DNA of 64,000 nucleotides from NCBI RefSeq assembly GCF_056712565.1, contig NZ_CM160072.1; one strand, 5' to 3'. Shown piece by piece: positions 49,414 to 64,000 of this stretch (position 1 is its first letter; each line of letters starts with the position of its first letter). The notes under the pieces were generated by a model. It saw only the letters and a program-made list of their open reading frames with translations, ran no database searches and was not told where the DNA came from. The position numbers and the translations under genes were made by a program.

Positions 49414-51276
49414 TTATGCCAGCCAGGCCTTGATTTTGGCTTCCATACCGGCGGCATCGAGGCCGAGTTCGGCGCGCATTTCTTCCTGAGTTCCTTGTGG
49501 AATAAAGAAGTCAGGCAGGCCAATGTTCAGCACGGGTACTGGTTTACGATGGGCCATCAGCACTTCGTTCACGCCGCTACCTGCGCCGCCCATAATGGCG
49601 TTTTCTTCTACGGTGACCAGCGCTTCATGGCTGGCGGCCATTTCCAGAATTAACGCTTCATCAAGCGGTTTCACGAAACGCATATCGACCAGCGTAGCGT
49701 TCAGCGATTCAGCGACTTTCGCCGCTTCTGGCATCAGCGTACCAAAGTTAAGGATCGCCAGTTTCTCACCACGACGCTTCACAATGCCTTTGCCAATTGG
49801 CAGTTTTTCCAGTGGCGTCAGTTCCACGCCAACTGCGTTGCCGCGCGGGTAGCGCACCGCGGACGGGCCATCGTTATAGTGATAGCCGGTATAGAGCATC
49901 TGGCGACATTCGTTTTCATCGCTCGGGGTCATAATGACCATTTCCGGTATGCAGCGCAGGTAAGAGAGATCAAAAGCGCCCTGGTGGGTTTGACCGTCAG
50001 CACCAACAATGCCCGCACGGTCGATGGCGAACAGGACCGGAAGCTTTTGAATCGCCACGTCATGCAGCACCTGATCATAGGCGCGTTGCAGGAAGGTGGA
50101 GTAGATCGCAACAATGGGTTTGTAGCCTCCAATCGCCAGACCCGCAGCAAAGGTCACTGCGTGTTGCTCGGCAATTGCCACGTCGAAGTAGCGATCCGGG
50201 AATTTACGTGAAAACTCGACCATGCCGGAACCTTCACGCATCGCCGGAGTAATCGCCATCAGCTTGTTATCTTTCGCTGCGGTTTCGCACAACCAGTCGC
50301 CAAAGATTTTTGAATAGCTTGGTAAACCGCCGCTACTTTTCGGCAGACAACCGCTGGAGGGATCAAATTTAGGCACGGCGTGGAAGGTGATTGGGTCTTT
50401 TTCTGCCGGTTCATAACCACGACCTTTTTTGGTCATGATATGCAGGAACTGCGGGCCTTTCAGGTCGCGCATGTTCTTAAGCGTGGTGATAAGCCCCAGC
50501 ACATCGTGACCGTCCACCGGGCCGATGTAGTTAAAGCCCAGCTCTTCAAACAACGTGCCAGGCACTACCATGCCTTTAATATGTTCTTCGGTACGTTTGA
50601 GCAGCTCTTTAATGGGTGGCACGCCAGAGAAAACTTTTTTTCCGCCTTCGCGCAGTGAAGAGTAAAGCTTACCGGAAAGCAGCTGCGCCAGATGGTTGTT
50701 GAGCGCGCCAACATTTTCGGAAATCGACATTTCATTGTCGTTGAGAACCACCAGCATATCAGGACGGATATCGCCCGCGTGATTCATCGCTTCAAACGCC
50801 ATGCCAGCAGTAATCGCGCCATCGCCAATGACACAGACGGTGCGGCGATTTTTGCCTTCTTTCTCGGCAGCAACTGCGATCCCAATTCCGGCACTGATGG
50901 AGGTTGATGAATGCCCGACGCTTAATACGTCATATTCGCTTTCGCCGCGCCACGGGAACGGGTGCAGGCCACCTTTCTGACGGATGGTGCCGATTTTGTC
51001 GCGGCGCCCGGTCAAAATTTTATGCGGATAAGCCTGATGCCCCACATCCCAGATTAACTGGTCAAACGGGGTATTGTAGACATAGTGCAGCGCCACGGTC
51101 AGTTCGACCGTGCCCAGCCCGGAGGCGAAGTGCCCGCTGGAACGGCTCACGCTGTCGAGTAAATAGCGGCGCAGTTCGTCGCAGAGTTTCGGTAAACTCT
51201 CTTTCGGCAACAGTCGTAACTCCTGGGTGGAGTCGACCAGTGCCAGGGTCGGGTATTTGGCAATATCAAAACTCAT
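49414..51276 (-). CDS. dxs: 1-deoxy-D-xylulose-5-phosphate synthase
   Basis: 620 aa; [40 protein letters not shown]...; ThDP motif [18 protein letters not shown]. Confidence 0.97.
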
Positions 51277-51300
51277 CAGGGGCCTATTAATACTTATTGT

Positions 51301-52200
51301 TTATTTATTACGCTGGATGATGTAGTCCGCTAGCGCTTCCAGTGCCGAGGTATCGAGTGACTGTTCAGCCAGTTGTTTCAGCGACTGACGGGCATCGTCG
51401 ATCAGATCCCGGGCTTTCTTCCGGGCTTGCTCAAGACCCAGAAGTGCAGGGTAGGTACTTTTACCAAGTTGCTGATCGGCACCCTGGCGTTTTCCCAACG
51501 TTGCAGTATCTCCTACCACATCCAGGATGTCATCCTGAACCTGGAAGGCAAGGCCGATGCTCTCTGCGTACTTGTCGAGTACTGGCAGAGCACGACGCCC
51601 TTTATCTCCGGCGCTTAATGCACCAAGGCGAACGGCGGCGCGAATCAATGCGCCAGTTTTATGACGATGTATACGCTCAAGCGCGTCCAGAGGTACGCGT
51701 TTGCCTTCCGCGTCTAAATCTAATGCCTGACCACCGCACATTCCGGCAATACCGCTGGCGCTCGCCAGTTCAGAAATCATCGAAATTCTGTCGCGATCCG
51801 ACACTTCCGGCATATCTGCATCGCTTAAAATCGAGAACGCCAGCGTTTGTAAAGCATCGCCAGCGAGAATCGCGTTTGCTTCGCCAAACTTCACATGGCA
51901 GGTCGGCAAACCGCGACGCAGATCGTCATCATCCATCGCCGGTAAATCATCATGAATTAATGAGTAAGCGTGGATACACTCTACGGCGGCAGCGGGTGCG
52001 TCCAGTGTGTTTGTGCTAACGCCGAACATATGACCAGTGGCATAAACCAGGAAAGGTCGCAGGCGCTTACCACCTAATAATGCGCCATACTGCATGGTTT
52101 CGACCACGGGAGTGTTCTGAAAGGGCAGTGGGGCGATAAAACGGCTCAGCGCCTGGTTGGCCTGCTTAACGCAGGCTTCGAGTTGCTGCGGAAAGTCCAT
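51301..52200 (-). CDS. ispA: farnesyl diphosphate synthase
   Basis: 299 aa; Asp-rich motifs DDLPAMDDDDLRRG and FQVQDDILD. Confidence 0.96.
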   Translation of the reverse strand: MDFPQQLEACVKQANQALSRFIAPLPFQNTPVVETMQYGALLGGKRLRPFLVYATGHMFGVSTNTLDAPAAAVECIHAYSLIHDDLPAMDDDDLRRGLPTCHVKFGEANAILAGDALQTLAFSILSDADMPEVSDRDRISMISELASASGIAGMCGGQALDLDAEGKRVPLDALERIHRHKTGALIRAAVRLGALSAGDKGRRALPVLDKYAESIGLAFQVQDDILDVVGDTATLGKRQGADQQLGKSTYPALLGLEQARKKARDLIDDARQSLKQLAEQSLDTSALEALADYIIQRNK

Positions 52201-52442
52201 TACTCATTGTCCGGTGTAAAAGGGGTTAGAGAGGCGTCTTCATTGTCAGACAGCAGAATTTGTACGCGCTGTTCGGCTTGTTGTAATTTGGCCTGCCCCT
52301 GACGTGCCAGCTGCACGCCGCGTTCGAACTCGTTCAGCGCCTCTTCCAGCGGCAGGTCGCCACTTTCCAGACGGGTTACAATCTGTTCCAGCTCGCTCAG
52401 CGCCTTTTCAAAGCTGGCGGGAGCCTCATTTTTCTTCGGCAT
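52200..52442 (-). CDS. xseB: exodeoxyribonuclease VII small subunit
   Basis: 80 aa; [36 protein letters not shown]...; stop overlaps ispA start. Confidence 0.94.
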
Positions 52443-52647
52443 AATGAATGTCTGACTCTCAATATTTTTCGCCCCGTCATGGTAACGGACTCAGGGCAAA
52501 TAGCAAATAACGCGCAATGGTAAGGTGATGTGCGCAGCAAAGCGATGTTAGTGGTATACTTCCGCGCCTGGATGCAGCCGCAGGTGTGGGCTGCTGTATT
52601 TTTCCCTATACAAGTCGCTTAAGGCTTGCCAACGAACCATTGCCGCC

Positions 52648-54096
52648 ATGAAGTTTATCATTAAATTGTTCCCGGAAATCACCATCAAAAGCCAATCTGT
52701 GCGCTTGCGCTTTATAAAAATCCTTACCGGGAACATTCGTAACGTTTTAAAGCACTATGATGAGACGCTCGCTGTCGTCCGTCACTGGGATAACATCGAA
52801 GTTCGCGCAAAAGATGAAAACCAGCGTCTGGCTATTCGCGACGCCCTGACCCGTATTCCGGGTATCCACCATATTCTCGAAGTCGAAGACGTGCCGTTTA
52901 CCGACATGCACGATATTTTCGAGAAAGCGTTGGTTCAATATCGCGATCAGCTGGAAGGCAAAACCTTCTGCGTACGCGTGAAGCGCCGCGGCAAACATGA
53001 TTTTAGCTCGATTGATGTGGAACGTTACGTCGGCGGCGGTTTAAATCAGCATATTGAATCCGCGCGCGTGAAGCTGACCAATCCGGAAGTGACTGTCCAT
53101 CTGGAAGTGGAAGACGATCGTCTGCTGCTGATTAAAGGCCGCTACGAAGGTATTGGCGGTTTCCCGATCGGCACCCAGGAAGATGTGTTGTCGCTCATTT
53201 CCGGTGGTTTCGACTCCGGTGTTTCCAGTTATATGTTGATGCGTCGCGGCTGCCGCGTGCATTACTGCTTCTTTAACCTCGGCGGCGCGGCGCATGAAAT
53301 TGGCGTACGTCAGGTGGCGCATTATCTGTGGAACCGCTTTGGCAGCTCCCACCGCGTGCGTTTTGTCGCTATTAATTTTGAACCGGTCGTCGGGGAAATT
53401 CTCGAGAAAATCGACGACGGTCAGATGGGCGTTATCCTCAAGCGTATGATGGTGCGTGCCGCGTCCAAAGTGGCAGAACGTTACGGCGTACAGGCGCTGG
53501 TTACCGGTGAAGCGCTCGGCCAGGTGTCCAGCCAGACGCTGACCAACCTACGCCTGATTGATAACGTCTCCGATACGCTGATCCTGCGTCCGCTGATCTC
53601 TTACGACAAAGAGCACATCATCAACCTGGCTCGCCAGATTGGCACCGAAGACTTTGCCCGCACGATGCCGGAATATTGCGGCGTGATTTCCAAAAGCCCG
53701 ACGGTGAAAGCGGTTAAATCGAAGATTGAAGCGGAAGAAGAGAAGTTCGACTTCAGCATTCTCGATAAAGTGGTGGAGGAAGCGAATAACGTTGATATCC
53801 GCGAAATCGCCCAGCAGACCGAGCAGGAAGTGGTGGAAGTGGAAACCGTCAATGGCTTCGGCCCGAACGACGTGATCCTCGATATCCGTTCTATCGATGA
53901 ACAGGAAGATAAGCCACTGAAAGTCGAAGGGATTGATGTGGTTTCTCTGCCGTTCTATAAACTGAGCACCAAATTTGGCGATCTCGACCAGAGCAAAACC
54001 TGGCTGTTGTGGTGTGAGCGCGGGGTGATGAGCCGCCTGCAGGCGCTCTATCTGCGCGAGCAGGGCTTTAACAATGTGAAGGTGTATCGCCCGTAA
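52648..54096 (+). CDS. thiI: tRNA 4-thiouridine synthase ThiI
   Basis: 482 aa; [34 protein letters not shown]...; PP-loop SGGFDS; C-terminal rhodanese-like domain. Confidence 0.96.
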
Positions 54097-54149
54097 TATG
54101 TGGTTGTAACGTCGCATCTGGTCAGATGCGACGTTTACCGCATCCGACA

Positions 54150-55614
<1,465 letters not shown>

Positions 55615-55658
55615 TGTTCCTCCTCACCCGCAACCACTCCGGGTGTTCAATAAGGCTA

Positions 55659-55704
55659 TCCCTTAATTGTGCATGCTGTTGCGACTATGCACAATTAAGG
55701 GATA
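55659..55704. repeat. perfect 17-bp inverted repeat with 12-bp spacer in the panE-yajQ divergent intergenic region
   Basis: ATCCCTTAATTGTGCAT-GCTGTTGCGACT-ATGCACAATTAAGGGAT; no flanking U-tract. Confidence 0.6.
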
Positions 55705-55781
55705 CGTCCTGGTGCGGGACTGTCGGTTATTTAACTTTGCGGGTATTATGCTTCGCATCAAAAATGAAGGGAGAGGAAAAG

Positions 55782-56273
55782 ATGCCATCTTTCGATATTG
55801 TCTCTGAAGTTGATCTTCAGGAAGCACGTAACGCGGTCGATAACGCGAGCCGCGAAGTGGAGTCCCGTTTTGACTTCCGTAATGTTGAAGCTTCATTTGA
55901 GCTGAATGACGCCAGCAAAACCATCAAAGTGTTGAGCGAGTCCGACTTCCAGGTCAATCAGTTGCTGGATATTCTGCGTGCCAAGCTGCTGAAGCGCGGC
56001 ATTGAAGGCAGTTCACTGGATGTACCGGAAAATATCGTTCATAGCGGTAAAACCTGGTTTGTGGAAGCGAAACTGAAACAGGGCATTGAGAGCGCGACTC
56101 AGAAGAAAATCGTCAAAATGATCAAAGACAGCAAACTGAAAGTGCAGGCGCAAATTCAGGGCGATGAGATCCGCGTAACGGGTAAATCTCGTGATGATTT
56201 ACAGGCTGTCATGGCGATGGTACGTGGTGGCGATCTCGGTCAGCCGTTCCAGTTCAAAAACTTCCGCGATTAA
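55782..56273 (+). CDS. yajQ: nucleotide-binding protein YajQ
   Basis: ATG at 55782 after GGGAGAGGAAAAG gives [34 protein letters not shown]... (163 aa); ORF-track start 55614 rejected. Confidence 0.92.
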
Positions 56274-56302
56274 TCGCGACAACCTGCGCTTTGTTCATGT
56301 CA

Positions 56303-56385
56303 GATGCGGCATGAACGCCTGATTCGGCCTACAAAGGTTTGTAACTCAGGAACTTAGTAGGCCTGATAAGCGTAGCGCAGCAGGC
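56303..56385. repeat. BIME: pair of inverted REP palindromes between convergent yajQ and yajR
   Basis: GATGCGGCATGAACGCCTGATTCGGCCTAC ... GTAGGCCTGATAAGCGTAGCGCAGCAGGC. Confidence 0.7.
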
Positions 56386-56400
56386 AATTTCGCCTCGCTT

Positions 56401-57765
56401 TTATGCCTGGCGAATTGCCTGTTCAACCTCAAAGCGATTCGTCACTTTGCTGTCGATTTTCACATAAGCTGAATGTTCTTCTTCTGCAATCAACACTTCT
56501 TTGATGCCTTCAGTTTCCAGCAAACGCACTTTTAACGCCTCGTTTGCGGCAATGTTCGCCGGGATTTCAATGCGCAAGCTGCTGACATACGGCGGTTCTT
56601 TCATGGTACTGGCGACTGCCAGCCACACTGCGGCCAGCATTGCGCCAGCGAGAAATACGCCCTGACCGTCAAACATGCCGTCAATCCAGCCGCCCAGCGA
56701 ACCGCCAATCGCCACGCCAAGAAACTGGCTGGTGGAGTAAACACCCATCGCCGTACCTTTGTAACCTGCTGGCGATTCTTTACTGATAAGTGAAGGCAGA
56801 AGGGCTTCCATCAAATTAAACGCCACAAAGAAAAGCTGCACGCCGACCACCAGTTGCCAGAACTGCGTTTGTGCGTTCCACAACACAATTTCCGCGACCA
56901 CGATCAACCCGACGCAAAAGACAAAGACTTGCTTCATTTTGCGCTTAACTTCAGCGTAGATAATGAAAGGCACGACCGAGCCAAAGGCGATTAACATCGT
57001 TGCCAGGTAGACCTTCCAGTGTTCAGCCGCCGGGAACCCCGCATCAGCCAGCTGTCCGGGCAGGGCAACAAAGGTCGACATCAGCAAAATATGCAGACAC
57101 ATAATGCCAAAGTTGAGTTTCAGCAGCCGCGGTTCCGCCAGCACTTTACTGAAACTGCCTTTCACCATTCCGGACTCACGATTAAGTACGTGAGTGCTAC
57201 TGTTGGGCACAACCCAAATGGTCAACGCAATGCCGGTTGTTGCCAGAATAGCGATCATCCAGAACAGCACGTGCAGCCCAAGTTTGTGAGTGATGATCGG
57301 GCCAAGCACCATCGCAATGGCAAAGGTAATGCCAAAGCTCACGCCGATAAACGCCATCGCTTTGGTGCGGTTTTGTTCGCGCGTGAGATCGGAAAGCAGC
57401 GCCATAACGGCAGCGGCAATCGCACCGGAGCCTTGTAGCGCCCGGCCCAGAATAATTCCCCAGATGGAGTCAGAGAGCGCAGCGATAACGCTACCGGCGG
57501 CAAACACCGCCAGCCCACCGACAATTAATGGTTTGCGACCAATGCGGTCTGAAAGCAGGCCAAACGGAATCTGAAAAACGGCCTGAGTCAGACCATAAAT
57601 ACCAATGGCAATACCGATTAATGCTTCGCTGGCACCTTGCAGAGCCATGCCGTACGTGGTCAGAACCGGCAGAACCATGAACATGCCCAGCATGCGTAAT
57701 GAAAATACGGTCCCTAAACCCCAGGTCGCGCGCCGCTCACCTGGCGTCATTTTATAATCGTTCAT
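56401..57765 (-). CDS. yajR: MFS transporter YajR
   Basis: Start at 57765 gives MNDYKMTPGERRATWGLGTVFSLRMLGMFMVLPVL... (454 aa); ORF-track start 57963 would overlap cyoE. Confidence 0.9.
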   Translation of the reverse strand: MNDYKMTPGERRATWGLGTVFSLRMLGMFMVLPVLTTYGMALQGASEALIGIAIGIYGLTQAVFQIPFGLLSDRIGRKPLIVGGLAVFAAGSVIAALSDSIWGIILGRALQGSGAIAAAVMALLSDLTREQNRTKAMAFIGVSFGITFAIAMVLGPIITHKLGLHVLFWMIAILATTGIALTIWVVPNSSTHVLNRESGMVKGSFSKVLAEPRLLKLNFGIMCLHILLMSTFVALPGQLADAGFPAAEHWKVYLATMLIAFGSVVPFIIYAEVKRKMKQVFVFCVGLIVVAEIVLWNAQTQFWQLVVGVQLFFVAFNLMEALLPSLISKESPAGYKGTAMGVYSTSQFLGVAIGGSLGGWIDGMFDGQGVFLAGAMLAAVWLAVASTMKEPPYVSSLRIEIPANIAANEALKVRLLETEGIKEVLIAEEEHSAYVKIDSKVTNRFEVEQAIRQA

Positions 57766-57913
57766 TACCACCTCTGTTTTAAATTCGCGACTAGTGTAAA
57801 GCGGCAAACGAATGGGGTAAACATGCGGATTTTTTAGTAAATATTTCGAGAGGGATATGATTCTAATGCTAAGAAAAAAGGTGCCGTAGCACCTTTTTAA
57901 CTGAGAGGTTGTG

Positions 57914-58804
57914 TTACCACACAGCAGCCAGCAGCGTATGCGAGTCCGGCACCATAAAATCAACGGACATCATCACCGAGAGGGCAGTGATGGCGATGAT
58001 AGAGAAACCGAACAGCTTGCGCGCCCAGATTCTGTCATCAGCAACTTTATAGCCGCGCAGAGCCATGCCTAACCACCAGACGCTCACCGCAGCGGCGACC
58101 ACCAGATATTTATACCCAGCGTAGCCGCCAAGAGAGAGCATCAGCGTGGCAACGGCAAAGGCGATGATATACAGCGTGATGTGATTCTTCGCCACCGAAA
58201 TGCCTTTCACCACCGGCAGTACCGGAATGTTTGCCGCCTGATAATCCTTAAAGCGGAAAATGGCTATGGCATAAGAGTGAGGCATCTGCCACAGGCTGAA
58301 GATAGCCAGCAGGATCGCTGCGCCGCTATCGAACTCGCCGGTTACCGCACAGTAACCGATCACCGGAGGCGCAGCGCCGGAGAGCGAACCAATCAATGTG
58401 CCGTAGACAGAATGACGTTTCATGTACAGGCTATAAACGCCGACATAAACCACAAAGCCCATCACCCCCAGCCAGCAGGCCAGCGGATTCGCGCCAAACC
58501 ACAGCAGCATAAAGCCAGCAATACCCAGCAAGGTGGCGTACACCAGCGAGACAGCAGGAGAGATCAGGCCTTTCACCAGCACCCGATTCTTCGTCCTTTC
58601 CATCTTTCGGTCGATATCCCTGTCGATGTAGTTGTTAAACACACAACCCGACGCCACAACCAGTGACACCCCAACCAGCGTGTAGATAAACAGGGGATAA
58701 TCAATGCTGCCCTTTGAGGCCAGCAAGAATCCCCCAATCACCGAGATCAGGTTGCCAAAGATGATGCCTGGTTTCGTTACTTGCAGGTATTGCTTAAATA
58801 TCAT
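57914..58804 (-). CDS. cyoE: protoheme IX farnesyltransferase (heme O synthase)
   Basis: Start at 58804 ([32 protein letters not shown]...); UbiA-family polytopic membrane protein. Confidence 0.92.
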   Translation of the reverse strand: MIFKQYLQVTKPGIIFGNLISVIGGFLLASKGSIDYPLFIYTLVGVSLVVASGCVFNNYIDRDIDRKMERTKNRVLVKGLISPAVSLVYATLLGIAGFMLLWFGANPLACWLGVMGFVVYVGVYSLYMKRHSVYGTLIGSLSGAAPPVIGYCAVTGEFDSGAAILLAIFSLWQMPHSYAIAIFRFKDYQAANIPVLPVVKGISVAKNHITLYIIAFAVATLMLSLGGYAGYKYLVVAAAVSVWWLGMALRGYKVADDRIWARKLFGFSIIAITALSVMMSVDFMVPDSHTLLAAVW

Positions 58805-58815
58805 AACCGCCGCTC

Positions 58816-61752
<2,937 letters not shown>

Positions 61753-61761
61753 TCAACCCCT

Positions 61762-62718
<957 letters not shown>

Positions 62719-63176
62719 TTAACGACCTCAATTCCACGGGATCTGGTGGCGTTTAAAGTGTGTGGGCATTTTACGGGAAGGTTACATTACTGTAAACATG
62801 ATTAAATTCCTGTTACTTGGATTTGGCTATCAGGTCACATATGTTGCAAAACATATCAAGTTGATTTTAAGAAGCTGTTGCAAAAGGGCGTTATAACGAA
62901 AGGGGAGTGCAGAAGGAGTTTGGGTGGGCAATTGGTATAATCAATATAAAATAAAACAATTATTTAACAAATAATTATCATTGAGGTGACAACTGGGTGG
63001 TGAGAAAATAAGGACTCATTAGCTGAATCGTGTAAGAAAAATAGAATTCATAAATTGCGTCAATAATTTCCAAACGCTAAGCCGCACAAAAGAACAAATA
63101 TTAATAAGCGATGCTGATGTTTATTTAGCCGTAATAATTACGGCGAGTGATTACTACAGCTAAATAATATTACAGA

Positions 63177-64000
63177 TTACGTCAGATGTGTTTTTCGTAG
63201 CGCCAGATAATCCAGCAAACCACCAAGCACAACGCCAGAAAGGGCGACTAAAACCCCGACTTCCAGCAGCGCAGGCAGGAAAGAGAAGTGCGTCAAATCC
63301 AGCGCGTCCATTGTCAACAGCAGTAACCACACGGCCAACAGGCTGATACCCGCCGCCAGTGTCCACATGGCAAAGGCATAACCTGCAGGATATTCGGTAC
63401 GGGAGATAAAGTTGCCATTTACTCGTGTATATTCAAGCGTCTGGCGGCAAACCAGCAGCAAAATAAGCCCTGGTACGGCAGCGGCGACGGAGAATAGATA
63501 GAATGTCGACCAGCCATGTGCTTCAACAAACCAACCCGCCACGGGGCCGACATAAACTCGCCCTACAGCAGAAAGCGCTGAGAGCAGGGCAAATTGAGTA
63601 GCGGAAAATGACTTATTACACAGCGTCATTAACAGCGCGACAAAGGCTGATGTACCCATCCCGCCACAGAGGTTTTCGAAAAAGACGGCTGCACCCATGC
63701 TGTAGAGATGCTTATCAGTAATCGACAGCAGCCAGTAACCGGCGTTAGATGCACCTTGTAAAATGCCGAAAATCAGCAGTGCACGGAACAGCGACAGGCG
63801 CTGCATCAAAATCCCACCGTACAATGCGCCAACAATGGTCGCCAGTAAGCCAAGCGTTTTGTTAACCACGCCTACTTCACCCGCATCAAACCCGACGCCG
63901 CGAATCAAAAACGTGGTTGTCAGGCTCATAGCGAATGCGTCGCCCAGCTTATACAGCACGATAAGAAGCAAAATAAGCCAGGCATTATTGCGACCAAAGA
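63177..64000 (-). CDS. ampG: muropeptide permease AmpG, 3' portion (5' end lies beyond window end)
   Basis: Minus-strand ORF open to the window edge; hydrophobic MFS-type sequence ...LLIVLYKLGDAFAMSLTTTFLIRGVGFDAGEVGVV... Confidence 0.9.
   Translation of the reverse strand, partial: FGRNNAWLILLLIVLYKLGDAFAMSLTTTFLIRGVGFDAGEVGVVNKTLGLLATIVGALYGGILMQRLSLFRALLIFGILQGASNAGYWLLSITDKHLYSMGAAVFFENLCGGMGTSAFVALLMTLCNKSFSATQFALLSALSAVGRVYVGPVAGWFVEAHGWSTFYLFSVAAAVPGLILLLVCRQTLEYTRVNGNFISRTEYPAGYAFAMWTLAAGISLLAVWLLLLTMDALDLTHFSFLPALLEVGVLVALSGVVLGGLLDYLALRKTHLT

Overview
This window reads as a conserved Escherichia coli-type chromosomal segment running from the 5' part of hemB to the 3' part of ampG, with no convincing novel multi-gene system. 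All gene identities come from my own recognition of the translated ORFs and operon context; no database search was run. About 60 protein-coding genes lie in the familiar order: ampH, sbmA-yaiW, yaiY, yaiZ, ddlA, iraP, phoA-psiF, dgcC, proC, yaiI, aroL-yaiA-aroM, ppnP, rdgC, mak, araJ, sbcDC, phoBR, brnQ, proY, malZ, acpH, queA-tgt-yajC-secDF, yajD, tsx, yajI, nrdR-ribD-ribE-nusB-thiL-pgpA, yajO, dxs-ispA-xseB, thiI, yajL-panE, yajQ, yajR, cyoABCDE, ampG. Many ORF-track starts were moved to internal start codons where the known N-terminus and a ribosome-binding site agree. One complete IS2 copy (1971..3301, 1331 bp) with a 5-bp TTGCA target duplication splits a yaiT-like autotransporter gene; removing it in silico restores one continuous frame. 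Also visible are REP/BIME clusters, Pho boxes upstream of phoA and phoB, TyrR-type boxes upstream of aroL, and several intrinsic terminators. I saw no rRNA, tRNA, CRISPR array or prophage. The items most worth a second look are the IS2-split autotransporter and its AT-rich upstream region, an orphan ORF between ppnP and rdgC, a perfect 17-bp inverted repeat between panE and yajQ, direct repeats upstream of brnQ, a hairpin in the thiI leader, and a 9-bp tandem repeat at the cyoA 3' end.
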